A stretch of DNA of 64,000 nt from Phoronis australis (taxonomy: Eukaryota; Animalia; Phoronida): assembly GCA_002633005.1 (NCBI GenBank), contig NMRA01000137.1, forward strand, positions 310,001 to 374,000. Reading direction: 5' to 3'. Made by a program: the position numbers and the translations under genes. The notes under the pieces are model-generated. The model was given only the letters and a program-made list of their open reading frames with translations. It was not told the origin of the DNA and searched no databases. This document shows, in pieces, positions 14,070 to 24,883 of this stretch (the first letter of the stretch is position 1; every line of letters starts with the position of its first letter).

Positions 14070-14335
14070 GTATGACCCCTTGCCTTTGGTCTGTCACTGA
14101 CCTTTGGCTTCAGCTTGCTTCCACAACTTTTTTGGTGATAAATCTTCATTCTGGGCGTCTTTGAACTGATTTAGTTCCACGTCTTGTAAGGTCAGAGACA
14201 CAGCTAACGGATTAATATCTGCTTTTTGTCGCTCTGCATGAGCTGTGGTAGTCACTCCTACCGCTCCACTGCTGGATTCTGCAGGATCCGTTCTTACCGA
14301 CATGTCGGCCACCTCTTCTCCCTCTGGAGTTGAGG

Positions 14336-14701
14336 TCACTGGGTTCTCCTCTTGTCAAGCAGTACCCTTTTGAGAGTCATCTTTCGGACCCTGGGACCCT
14401 CCATCAGGCTATTGCCTGTACCGTCCTTGTTGACAGTAGTTGCCGTCTGCTGTCGCTCAACATCCCCTGTGTCCAGGGCGTCAGGTACGTCTCCGATACT
14501 CAAATTGGCCACTGGACGCTCGATACACATCGCAAACACTTCTCCTGTGTAGTACGGTGTCTTGATGTTGTTCTTGGCGACAGGCAGCCATCTCTTGGTA
14601 AAGTCCGCCAACTCGCATGACCACTTTCGGCAGGTCAGATCTCCTGGTGCGACTGGCCTTGATCGAACCACAATGGTTGTGCAGCCTGTGTCTCTCAACA
14701 C
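14336..14701 (-). pseudogene. Retropepsin-type aspartic protease remnant
   Basis: LRDTGCTTIVV active-site motif. Confidence 0.8.
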
Positions 14702-14824
14702 TGAGATCTTCTTCGTGCCAACATACCCTTCCTTCAGACGCAGCTTTCAGGGTTAGCACGCTTCATAGAATCCTCCTTACTCTGAAACCTCGGTGATTGA
14801 CCGCTGCTGACTTTTGGTGTTACT

Positions 14825-15801
14825 TCACCTGTGTCTGCTTCCGACAATCAGGTGTCCAGATTTGTGACACCTTTCCTCTGCGAGGTCAGTTTTCTTCTGG
14901 TCGACTCTCTGCGTATCTGTCTTGACTGAGTGCTTGTTATATCCACTGCATGGGCCGCAATATATCTCTCTGCTGAACTGACCACCTCTGAAACAGAATT
15001 TAGTGTCCGCTCTCGCAGGAATAAGACCCAAGTCTTTAGTACAGGTGATCCCATACTGCTCACGCACTAACAGTTTCCTCAACTCCGCAAAGTTTTTGCC
15101 ACACTCGGACATGTCGACCCACCTGTCTAGGTAACGCTGTATGCGGGCCACAAACTGGTAAACTGTCACGCCCTTCTCAGCCCTCACTTCCCGGAACTGT
15201 CTGCGAAAACCCTCCTCTGTCCACTCATACCGCTTCAGCAAGGCTCTTTTGAGTGTAGCATAATCCAGTGCATCAGCCATCGGCAGGCTGGTGTAAACCT
15301 GCAGGCCCTTACATGTTAACAGGGGACTGAGAATAATGGCCCATTCACTCTGGGTCCAACCCTGACTCTCGGCGTATCTTTCAAACCTTCCCAGTAAGTT
15401 GCCCATACCATACAGCATTTCATCACACTTGGGTAGCTTAAGCTTTACGCCACCAGTTTGCCTAACATGGCTACCCTCCACTACAACCTGTTCATATTAC
15501 AGTGCTGCTAGCGCTCTCTCGTGTTCCGTTCTTTTCTCTCCATCTGTTGTTCGGCTTCCAGGGCTTGCCTCCTCTCCTCGGTCTCAGGCTTTCACGCTTT
15601 CTCTTCAGCCTCACGAGCTTGCTTTCTCTCCTCAGCCTCACGAGCTTTCCTTCTCTCCTCCGCCTCAGCCTTAACCTCAGCACGAGCCTCTGCTTGTTGT
15701 TTCTCCACAAACGGTCTAAGGTTGTCTCCCTGCAGTCCCATTTCTTGTCCGAGGGCCATCAACTCCCTAAGTTGAGATCTTGTCTCAATAGCTAATTCCA
15801 A
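14825..15801 (-). pseudogene. Gag with N-terminal coiled coil and SCAN-like capsid domain
   Basis: Glu/Arg-rich EAEERRKAR repeats, then RFERYAESQGW..WAIILSPLL..YATLKRALLKRY..TEEGFRRQFR. Confidence 0.85.
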
Positions 15802-15837
15802 TAATCCACTTTATCACACCTTTTTACTGTCAGTACA

Positions 15838-15855
15838 CTCCTGGCGTGCTCGCCA
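15838..15855 (-). promoter_or_regulatory. Primer-binding site, probably tRNA-Arg(ACG)
   Basis: Minus strand TGGCGAGCACGCCAGGAG, 2 nt after the LTR end ...TGACA. Close to the complement of the tRNA-Arg(ACG) 3' end. Confidence 0.75.
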
Positions 15856-15857
15856 AT

Positions 15858-16422
15858 TGTCATGTTTTTCCCCATTGTTTGGGTGGTGCAGGTTGTTACA
15901 GACCGTTGCTAATAGCTTGCGTTGCGACGATAGACTGAAGACTGGTTCGAGGTAATCCTTTTATTTATCTCGACCGTACTTTCACATGCCTATTCAAACA
16001 AAACGTTTGACGTAATGTCTGTTTTATGCTCCAGCCTTGACTTGTGATAAACGTCCGAGATATGTTCAGTAACTGTTACACTCGTTGATTCAAATAACCT
16101 ACAGTCTTTATAGCTGGCTTTATTGACTCTCGCGTAACTGCTGATTCTCTTCACTGCAACTCTTCAACTGCTTAACTGATAAATGCTTTACTCCGACTGC
16201 TGAACTGCTTAACTAATTTTCTCAAACCCGTGCCTGGGTAATTATAGTCTCTTGCAACGTTCTAGAACTTTTCATGCATTCAAGCACATTCTAGAACTTT
16301 CCGGAATCTACCCAATCATTCTACAAACATACTAGTATCTAGAATTTTCCAGGTCACATTAATCACTCACATACTAGAGTCTTCTAGAAAGTTCTACACA
16401 GCTTTATAATAAACAAATTACA
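15858..16422 (-). repeat. 5' LTR
   Basis: TG..CA ends (TGTCATGTTT / AAACAAATTACA). AATAAA on - near 15960 and TATA-like CTATAAT on - near 16243. The outer boundary is inferred because only one LTR is present. Confidence 0.7.
16260..16394. promoter_or_regulatory. Cluster of heat-shock elements in the LTR U3 region
   Basis: TTCtaGAActTTCcgGAA (16289-16306), TTCtaGAAagTTC (16382-16394), and two partial units near 16260 and 16338. Confidence 0.6.
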
Positions 16423-17389
16423 TCATCACTGTATTGAACTCAATGGTCATGTCAATGAAACTGAACAACAAAATAAAATAAAACAAAACAATACAATAGT
16501 GTAAGTCTATATTCTGACAAAAGTGCAACAATCACAATAAAAAAGCAAAAACAACTCCACAACGTTAAAAAACTCAGTGCATTACTTCCATTGTGGTAGA
16601 CATCTCGAAAAATGCACCGAACACCAAAGTTTAAGCTTAGAACTGCACGCACTACGTCTAGACATAATATAACACTTACCGGACACACGTGAGGTCTTCA
16701 CTTTGCCAATGACGCCAAACTTCAAGTCTTGTTCTGCAGTCTCGGAAAACGATCTTTGGCGAAATAAAAGATGCCTGATCCATAACATTTTATTATGTCT
16801 TTTGATGGCTAAATTTGCTTGTTTAATTTCGTTATAACTTTGTTTGGAAACTGCACTTCAAATCAAAATTAACTGCTGTAGAAGCTTCTACGCTGAAAAT
16901 TGTTGGGGGGAGGGCTGCTTCCGACTGCCCTGCCTGAACATAAGGATAAGGTTGAGCCATTTTACAGTGGTTTGTATCAATCTATTTAGCTTAAATTTAA
17001 TCACAACACGATGATGTTTACTCTGTGTTGTGCAATACGCCCCTTTTTATTGACTAGTATTTGGAATACTGGTGCTGATCGTTCTTTCTCTTTCATTTGA
17101 TTTCTATAAACGCTTACTTTCATATCTGAAATGAATAAATTTCTGCCATGTATTTGCATACTGGGGAACCGCACAGTTATTTGATTCTACATCCACGCTA
17201 ACCATGAGTAAAGATGTGACAGGTGACCACGTGTTTAGAACTAGTGATGTAATCATTAAGCACGGAGGGACCTCCGCTATTAATCTGCATTATTTACTCG
17301 ATACTTGTGATAAGCATGGTCTTTTACCATTAGGAATTCCCCTGTACTATGATACTGACTGCTTAGAAATACGTCTTAGCAATCAAAAG

Positions 17390-17560
17390 ACCAATTTCTG
17401 TTCACTCAACGTAAAGATTCAGTCTCTCAGTTTCAAATTGGATCAGCACCAGGCTACATTGCGAAATGTAAAATCAAACATCGGCTGTTGACTGCATCTG
17501 CTTCCAAGAAATTTGGCTGAATGGTGATGACAATTACAGGTGGTTACAAGATGATAAAAA
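17390..17560 (+). pseudogene. LINE AP-endonuclease N-terminal remnant (CR1/L2 group)
   Basis: SLNVKIQSLSFKLD and frameshifted CFQEIWLN motifs. Confidence 0.6.
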
Positions 17561-18659
17561 TGACTTAGAAACTGACTGTTCCAAATGAGATGCAAATGTT
17601 AAAGGAGAATGCCACCAAAAACAACCTATTGTGTATCACTCGATAACAGCAAGTGCAGTTCTTTTACCTGACACCTGACGGCAGACGGAGGTTTTGAAAT
17701 TAACCAATAACGTCACAGGTTCCAATGCAGTGTGTTCAGCAGTTCACAACAGGCTTATTGGTTTCGGTGTATCGCTTAAATTCATCGTTTTACACCAATA
17801 AATCATCAAAATTGGATGTAAAATCTTAAGTTCTTGAGCCAACGTGTTGTTTTATTTTGCTGTTACGGATTTATAGGTATGTGAACGTACCGTAACCAAC
17901 ATAGTTCGGTAGGCCAATTTACCAAGGTCGGTCGTGAGAGTTTGGGGTCTTTTCGGTGATACATTCGAATTATTCTTCTGTGAAATACAGATAGGAGATT
18001 GTAGCTGTGTGTCGTAATTTTAGAGTTGCGATTTCTTTAGTTATAAACACACAAGACGTTCGTTATCCCGGACAGTTGCTCGGAACCCGATCTTGCCTGT
18101 CGCGGCCGGACTGAAGACATCACTAACATAAACCAGCCAAAGTTATAAAGTAAACTTTCAGTCACGAAAAGGCTATACTAGTGAGCCAAATAAATAATGT
18201 GCACGTGATTATTTTGGTGAATTAGCCGCGAAACGGCATATCTACTTACTCGTTGGGGCCGCGAAGTCGGGTTCGCCTTCCACAAAACCGTCAGGGCAAA
18301 AGTTGTACGGTAACAATGATTCGAATATTATATATGTATATTTAAACAAGGATTTCCCTAACATCTGACCATAGGATATAAAATCGAGTTATTGTTTCAC
18401 AACAGCTTTTGCCAGCAAAAACTGAATTAGCATAAGCTCACACGGCCTCGGTGCCAGGTCAATTAGCTTTATGTTGCATCTAAAGCCGTTAACTCAGTGA
18501 TTTATTCATTTCCGGCTTCTCAAAACATTTGCACTCACGAACAATCCAAAGGCATTACAAATTGTGTCTAATGAGACAGACTTTGTTTCAATTTATATAA
18601 GTGTTGGTTAGTGTGAGAATAATTCAAGTTGAAACAGAACGCACAATATCAAACACCAA

Positions 18660-18895
18660 CCGAAATACACTGATCAAGAAATACTAAAGAGGCGCCGTGA
18701 ACGTGCACAGACAACGGAACAATTGAATAGTTCCGAAAACCATTTGAATGACATGTCATGGTGTCAGTGCGCTAACTGCACGATAATGGAAACGACTGAC
18801 GCTTGTGTTTGCTGCCACGAAATTCCGCAAGTGAAACGCCTTATTGGAGAATGACAGTGTGTCTCACGATCCATCCTGATTTTGCGCTGCACCTA
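18660..18895 (+). pseudogene. KolX / P2X7 ballast-domain-like Cys-rich remnant
   Basis: PKYTDQE...DMSWCQCANCTIMETTDACVCCHEIPQV, then frameshifted TIHPDF. Confidence 0.8.
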
Positions 18896-19077
18896 AAGAG
18901 AAATGAGCTTACGGCAATTTTAGGACTGGAAAAGAACTGACGTAAACTTCCTATACACAGAGGACTAAAGAGAAGCCTGACGAACGAGTAAATCACCAAG
19001 CACGTTATGTAAAGCGTTATGTTCTTGAATTAATTGTAATTGTTTATGCTTTCATCGCCAACTACAATTCTCCATAA

Positions 19078-19401
19078 TCAAAAACTGATCAACAACTGAT
19101 CCGCGTTTCTTTGTCTCCTGCCTGCTGAACGCAAACACATTAAGCACAGTATCTGACTACAGCCTCGGTCTCTTTTTCTACCCTGGCATGAGCTGTTTGG
19201 TAAGCCGTCATTCGTCAGTGAAATCACTGTCGACGAAATGCCGGCCTCATACTTGTTTTTAACGGCGTAGTTTTCATTCTTCAATGCCACGAGCCACATT
19301 CGAAGCATTACGTCGAGCTCTCCAGGAAACCGAAAAAAACATATACCGACTTCCCTAGCAGCTTCATAGTTCACACAAGCCGGAACGATACACCACACCA
19401 T
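19078..19401 (-). pseudogene. THAP-domain remnant
   Basis: MVWCIVPACVN...FFRFP...LRMWLVALK. Confidence 0.8.
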
Positions 19402-19574
19402 AGCGACACTCACTCTGCAGAAGAACCACTGACGTCGCTGCGTCATTTCTCACCTTTCTCACAGGTTAACGCAACACCTCTGGACGAGGCAACATCGACG
19501 GTAGACGACGTGATGTGGATATAGACCGATTAAGACAGTAAAAACAGATTTTCTATCTTGATACTGCCACTTGG

Positions 19575-20024
19575 ACCCGTTCCAAACAACGTAACTCCAT
19601 CCAAGATTCCCTTAATTGCAAGCCGTTACATGCTTGCAGCTCACTGTAATATAGTACTACAATACATTATACACCGTAACACTCTTCAACGTGCTTGTTA
19701 CAGTGGCTGCAGGATCAAATCGATGTTAACTCTTGTTGCCAGGATTTTCGCTTCTATTCAGCTTCGCGACTAGCGGCAATCTGTATTTCACACCGAACTT
19801 ACAAAATGGCTGCCTCAGATGAAAGTACCGCAATTCCAGAACGCTCAGGGCTCGCGACTTCCCACCTTTTCTCGTTGCCCAAATAAAAGCCCGTCTCATT
19901 GTGGGCTTGTTAAAGAGTGTTACAGTATATAACGTATTGTACTAATATATTACAGTTATTAACTTGCATGTTGCGGCTTGCACTTAATAGAATCTTGACT
20001 GGAAATACGGATTTTGGAACGGGT
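19575..20024. mobile_element. MITE with ~115-bp imperfect TIRs
   Basis: 19575-19690 (ACCCGTTCCAAA...) is the reverse complement of about 19907-20024 (...TTTGGAACGGGT). Confidence 0.75.
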
Positions 20025-20059
20025 GGTCACTTCTTCCTGCCTTGACATACCTACGTGTA

Positions 20060-21215
20060 TAACACAGGGATTTATTTTAGGACCTCTTCTGTTTTAATCC
20101 ATGTAAATGATATCACTTTGTCCAGCAAGCCACCTATTATTATGTAGGCAGATGCCATATGCCTGTTATTTCCTTTCTGTATAACAAAAATCATAGCCTC
20201 GGCGATCAAACATTATGAAAAATACTCTACAGGATGTTTTGATTGGCTAAATACCAATACAAGTAAAATAAAATTTATGCAATTTCGATTCCCACATCCC
20301 TCTAATCAAAATCAACAATAAAATTGTTAATAGAGTTTCAAATTTCAAATTTTAGGTATTTTGTAGACAGTGACCTTTGCTGGACCAAGCATATTCAGGA
20401 AATTTCTAACAAAATTGCCAAAACTGTGGTCGTTCTCTCCATATTGAAACACTATTTCCCCAAACACACACCACTGATGACGTACGATGTTCTTATACTA
20501 TCACATTTACATTTTGCTATAACACTATAGTAGTTCAATAATTGTACGAAATTGAAAGTTCTGCAGAAAAAAGGCAACTGAGAACAGTTCTTGACGACAT
20601 ATTTAACACAGCTTGCCTAATTTTTTGTAAATTCCAAAGAAAAAACATTGCCCATTCACTTTTATGATAACAATCTTTTCCAGTTCCATCAATCACCAAA
20701 AGGTCTTTCTAGAATATGCAATCAACGAACCATCTTACAACTACATGTACAACAGAAAAAGATGTGAAAATACATTAATGTTTAAAATACCAAATTTAAT
20801 TAACAACTGTGTCCTTCCGAGATATGTAACAGACAAAATCGACACGAATATTTTACATAGGTTCTCCCTCTATTTAAAACACATATCAAGCACCCTTGCA
20901 ACTTTTTATGTAATTATGCATGTTCTAACTGAAATAACTTTGATCACCTGTATTACATATTTGACACAACTGTATACGCTTTAAACAGTTTCCCTTGCAT
21001 CCACAGTCCCTGTGCACAACTCGTTATAATATACATTTAAATTGCGTTTTCAAATACTCTTGCATGGTATTTTATTTCACTGTACATGTACTTTTTTGTT
21101 GTTAGCTTTGTTATTCTTCTGAACTGTTATGATCTGTTTAACAAATTGTTTCTCAGGGTCAGCTATCAGCGGCCCAGTCATATAACAACATGTTTTTATA
21201 GTATTTAAAAATAAA
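20060..21215 (+). mobile_element. Degenerate CR1/L2-type LINE RT and 3' end
   Basis: QGFILGPLLF..HVNDI, decayed YADD, and DSDLCWTKHI..ISNKIAK..LKHYFP. AATAAA near 21210. Probably continues the endonuclease at 17390. Confidence 0.7.
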
Positions 21216-22273
21216 GTTTGTTCCTCTATCTTTTGCGGACGTGAAAAAATACATTACACCACAAACCCACACCCACTCTAAAATGTTAGGCACTACTGAA
21301 TTGATTAACAAGGAAAGAAAATGCGTTGTTCATTCATTATTGGTATAGGTCATTTTCGTCAAATTCTTGGTGTCAGCATTGAAGAATTAAATAGTAGTAA
21401 TGATGTGAGCTAGTGACGTGTACATTTGCAGTGCAGTGAAGTAGAACGTGATTGATATGCATTGTATTATAGGTAAATATCCTTCTATTGAGAGGATGGT
21501 ATTCAATTTACGGGGAACTATTAACGTGCAGTGACCTTACTTACGTAATTTTCCCATTTCCGGCTCCAGGTGGCACTGTACATCCAGCCTTCAGTATCAC
21601 TGTCACCCACACTCAGCAGAGATTCAATATCCTCTCTCATTACACAGACTACAATAGTTACGACCCATAGCCCTACATCACATGAACTCAAATGCAGTCT
21701 GATGGTATCTTTCAATAAATGTATTTTTGCGATAATTGACTAACGTCACACTAATGCAATTGTGTTGGGCATAGCACCTGCTCTCGAATCTTGCCTACTA
21801 GATTGGATGCAGAGTGATGAGACGAGGGCAAATTTACTCAGGTTATTGAAAACAAAAACGACTCTATAATGCATCACGATCGAGTTTTCGATATGAGGCA
21901 AATATCGCTGAATAACACTGTAGTAGACATTGCAAGATAGTACTTTAGTCACGAATTGTTTAAATGATGTTTTTGACGAGCTTTCGCGTTCTCTTTAAGG
22001 TGAATCCCGAAATTAAAAAGATATCACAATACATGTAATTGCACTGATTGGGATCAGCAAAAGTGTCGGCACTTTTCTTAGCAACGCTTACCATGCAATG
22101 CAAACACGAACGATCGCCTATTATATACTCCCTTGTAACGGATTGAACACAACCGCCGCAAACCACAAGCCAGAGAACCGTGCATGATTCGGCTATCTAG
22201 TTTTATTCACCGAAACTGATAGCAGCTTGCATGGGTAAACGCGGATATAAATGGGATACAATTACGAAATGTA

Positions 22274-22603
22274 ATGTGCAAGAACTTGCCAATAGCTCAT
22301 TGTTATTGGTGCTTCTTGGCCCGGGGCTTTTATCCCAACAGGAACTCCAATTTACATTTCAGGCTTACTGTCCCATTGACATCATTCCAACCTCCTTGCA
22401 ACCATGAAATAATCCTATACCGATCAAGATGCGGACTATTCCTAAACATCGCCAAATTTAGACATAGTTTTAACAATATTTCACCTCTGTGTTCCTTTGG
22501 AGACACTCGGACATACATGTATGCTCATGTTTTCTTTGCTTGTACGGTATGCAGAGAGCGGAGGGTATACAGTTTAAAGCTATTTTTTGAGATTAACGAT
22601 TGA
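22274..22603 (+). pseudogene. CR1-type LINE ORF2 C-terminal zinc-knuckle remnant
   Basis: KFRHSFNNISPLCSFG..HVFFAC..R. Confidence 0.6.
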
Positions 22604-23330
22604 AGTACTTTCTTTAATTTTGGGTGGTAACGCCAATGAGTTGATTTGTTAACATACGGTTGAGATTTAAAGCACTTTACTCGAACCACTCTTCAACCTA
22701 TCATCGCACTGAAAGCTATTTACACCAGTCACTAACCACCTGTGGCCACGCTTCACGGGATAAAACGTGACACTACGCATGTCACAGACCTCGGAAGTAT
22801 CAGGCACTTCCAGTTTTCACGTTTCTCCTGTACGCGACACTTTATGACAGTTTTCTCCAGTTGGAAAGACGAAGACATGCAAAGTTTTGAAGGCGCATAG
22901 TGAACACAAGTGTTTTTGAAAAAAAAAACAATCTGTCCTAGCTCACGTATTAGAAAAGACGTGAACTTTGTTAGGATTCTTTACTTTTTTCCAAGACGTA
23001 GACCAATGACATCCACATCATTCAACAATCTCAAAAACTTCTACCCACTGTCAAGATACGTCAACTGCCAGCTCTTCCTCCTATCAAATTTGTCTACAAC
23101 AACAGCGTTACAGAACTCTTTTACGAGGTGGGCGTTATCGCAGATGCAACATTATCACTGGCCTGGTTTCTCCTACAAACTTTATGGACATGTCCAGCAA
23201 GATGTTCACTCGTGTGCATGTCCTAATGGGCTAAAGATTATATTTACATAATCGGGTTCACATGAGTTTCAAAGTTTTGTGCAATGCGTCCGCCCTATGT
23301 GTCGTGTGCAAGTTCCACGTCCAATGCTAT

Positions 23331-23489
23331 TCAGGCGTGCGTTCAGTAGCGCTAGGACCTACGCTAGGACGTAGCTAAAATCTAGCCATAGTCACGTGCT
23401 CTCTTTGAAAAAACACCGCAGTATTTCACGTAATCTCGTGAAGTCTTGCTTTTTAGCAAGGTCCTAGCGTTACTGAGCGGGATGCAGGT
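23331..23489. mobile_element. MITE family A copy
   Basis: Aligns with 7808-7966. Confidence 0.8.
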
Positions 23490-24667
23490 AACGGATCACC
23501 TGCAAGATTTTTTAAAGTGAATTAAAACTAACCACGGGGGTTAAGTTATTCAGGAAGATGTCTGGCGACACCCGAGGTAGAACAACTCTGGTGTTTCTGG
23601 TAATGGTCAACTTGTTTCGTACGACAGTCCAGGACACGATGTCATTACTACATGTAAGTGTTTATGATACGAAAGTTGTTCATCAATGTGCTTCAGTTAT
23701 TCGCCCCTTTTTCTCACATACACTCAGGATAATAGCCCTCTTGGAAACACATCGGCTTTGATTAGCCACTGGTCGCCCTCGGCCATTTTCCACTGCATAT
23801 CCGTTGATACGGTCAGCGCCACGATTTTAGTTAATTCTACCGCAGGTATAGGGGAATATTGGATGGAAGTCGACGCCGGCAATTAGCGACTTCGTTGTTT
23901 TATAGCACTGACAATCAAAGAAATCATCAAATTTACTTTTCTATGCAATAATCCCAATAATCACCTTGGAAACCGATTGATGTATTTAAAATAAGCATAA
24001 TTTGAAATTTTATGCACTTTAGCCTATTTTCTAACCCTGAACTCTCTTTGGGAGCATATTTTCGTTCATCAACTCAGTCTAAACTTTTAAAGCTACAATG
24101 ACAACTTTGTTACAGTCGCCAGCACTCCATTTCTTGCCAACTAGGCTCTATATGATCGTGCAGTAGCTATTAACGGTAACACAGTGTATTGAGTTTCATG
24201 TGTTGCTCATAGTTTCATCGATTTACTATCATCACTGTAATTACCATAACGACTTGCAGACTGTGATGAAATGATCACTTTCTTTAATTTGACGTAGTCA
24301 TAATTATGTGTTATCACCAGAGCGCAATTGTTATAAACCTAGCGATGAGTGTTTTTTATTGATCCAGGTATTTGTCATGTAACAAAGGAAAATGAAAATG
24401 TCACTAACGCGCAAGAACGAAAACTTAACAGGCATATTTATATCGAACGTTGGGTAAGTAATATGGGTATTGCCTTGGGACAACCTGTTATGGTCAATAT
24501 GGCAAGTGTTGAATTCTATAATTTAAATTTGCGAGGGTCACAAAGAGTTAAGGCTATCTGTGGTCTTGTAAAAAGTCTATGCATTTAGCCAAACATATGC
24601 AAATATCTACAAAACTATACAATTTAGCTCGACAGCGAAAGTATGCATTTTCTGAAAATGGAAACTC

Positions 24668-24883
24668 CATGCGCGCACCCAGGGGACTCATTTGGTGAAG
24701 TGGGTAAAATAGAAAAAAAAGACCAAGAAAACGAGACAAAAGTCCACTAAAAAGGCGCAGACGCACAGTTCACAGACCTGAAGGTGGTATCCCGTTTTCT
24801 TTTGTCCTCCCACTTTTTTGTTAGCAAAAAGTCCACTTTGTCAGAGATTCGAGCCACCATATTAAAGGCTGGGTGCGCGCATG
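24668..24883. mobile_element. 216-bp MITE, hAT5-like
   Basis: Perfect 15-bp TIR CATGCGCGCACCCAG and 5-bp TSD AACTC. Confidence 0.85.

Larger units (their letters stand above)
13330..16422 (-). mobile_element. Ty3/Gypsy Gmr1-like LTR retrotransposon, 3'-truncated (5' LTR, PBS, gag, protease, integrase)
   Basis: Integrase follows the protease directly, the Gmr1 domain order. No RT and no 3' LTR are seen. Confidence 0.9.
8695..16932 (-). mobile_element. hAT (hAT5-like) DNA transposon with decayed transposase and nested insertions
   Basis: Imperfect TIRs CAGGCCCGTAGGAA / CTTCCGACTGCCCTG. 5-bp TSD CCTGA at 8690-8694 and 16933-16937. Transposase fragments lie inside. Confidence 0.8.
17603..19545 (-). 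mobile_element. Kolobok-like element, copy 2 (inverted, one terminus missing)
   Basis: TTAA+AGGAGAATGCCACC at 17599-17616. Reverse-complement homology to 360-2055 over most of its length. Confidence 0.85.
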
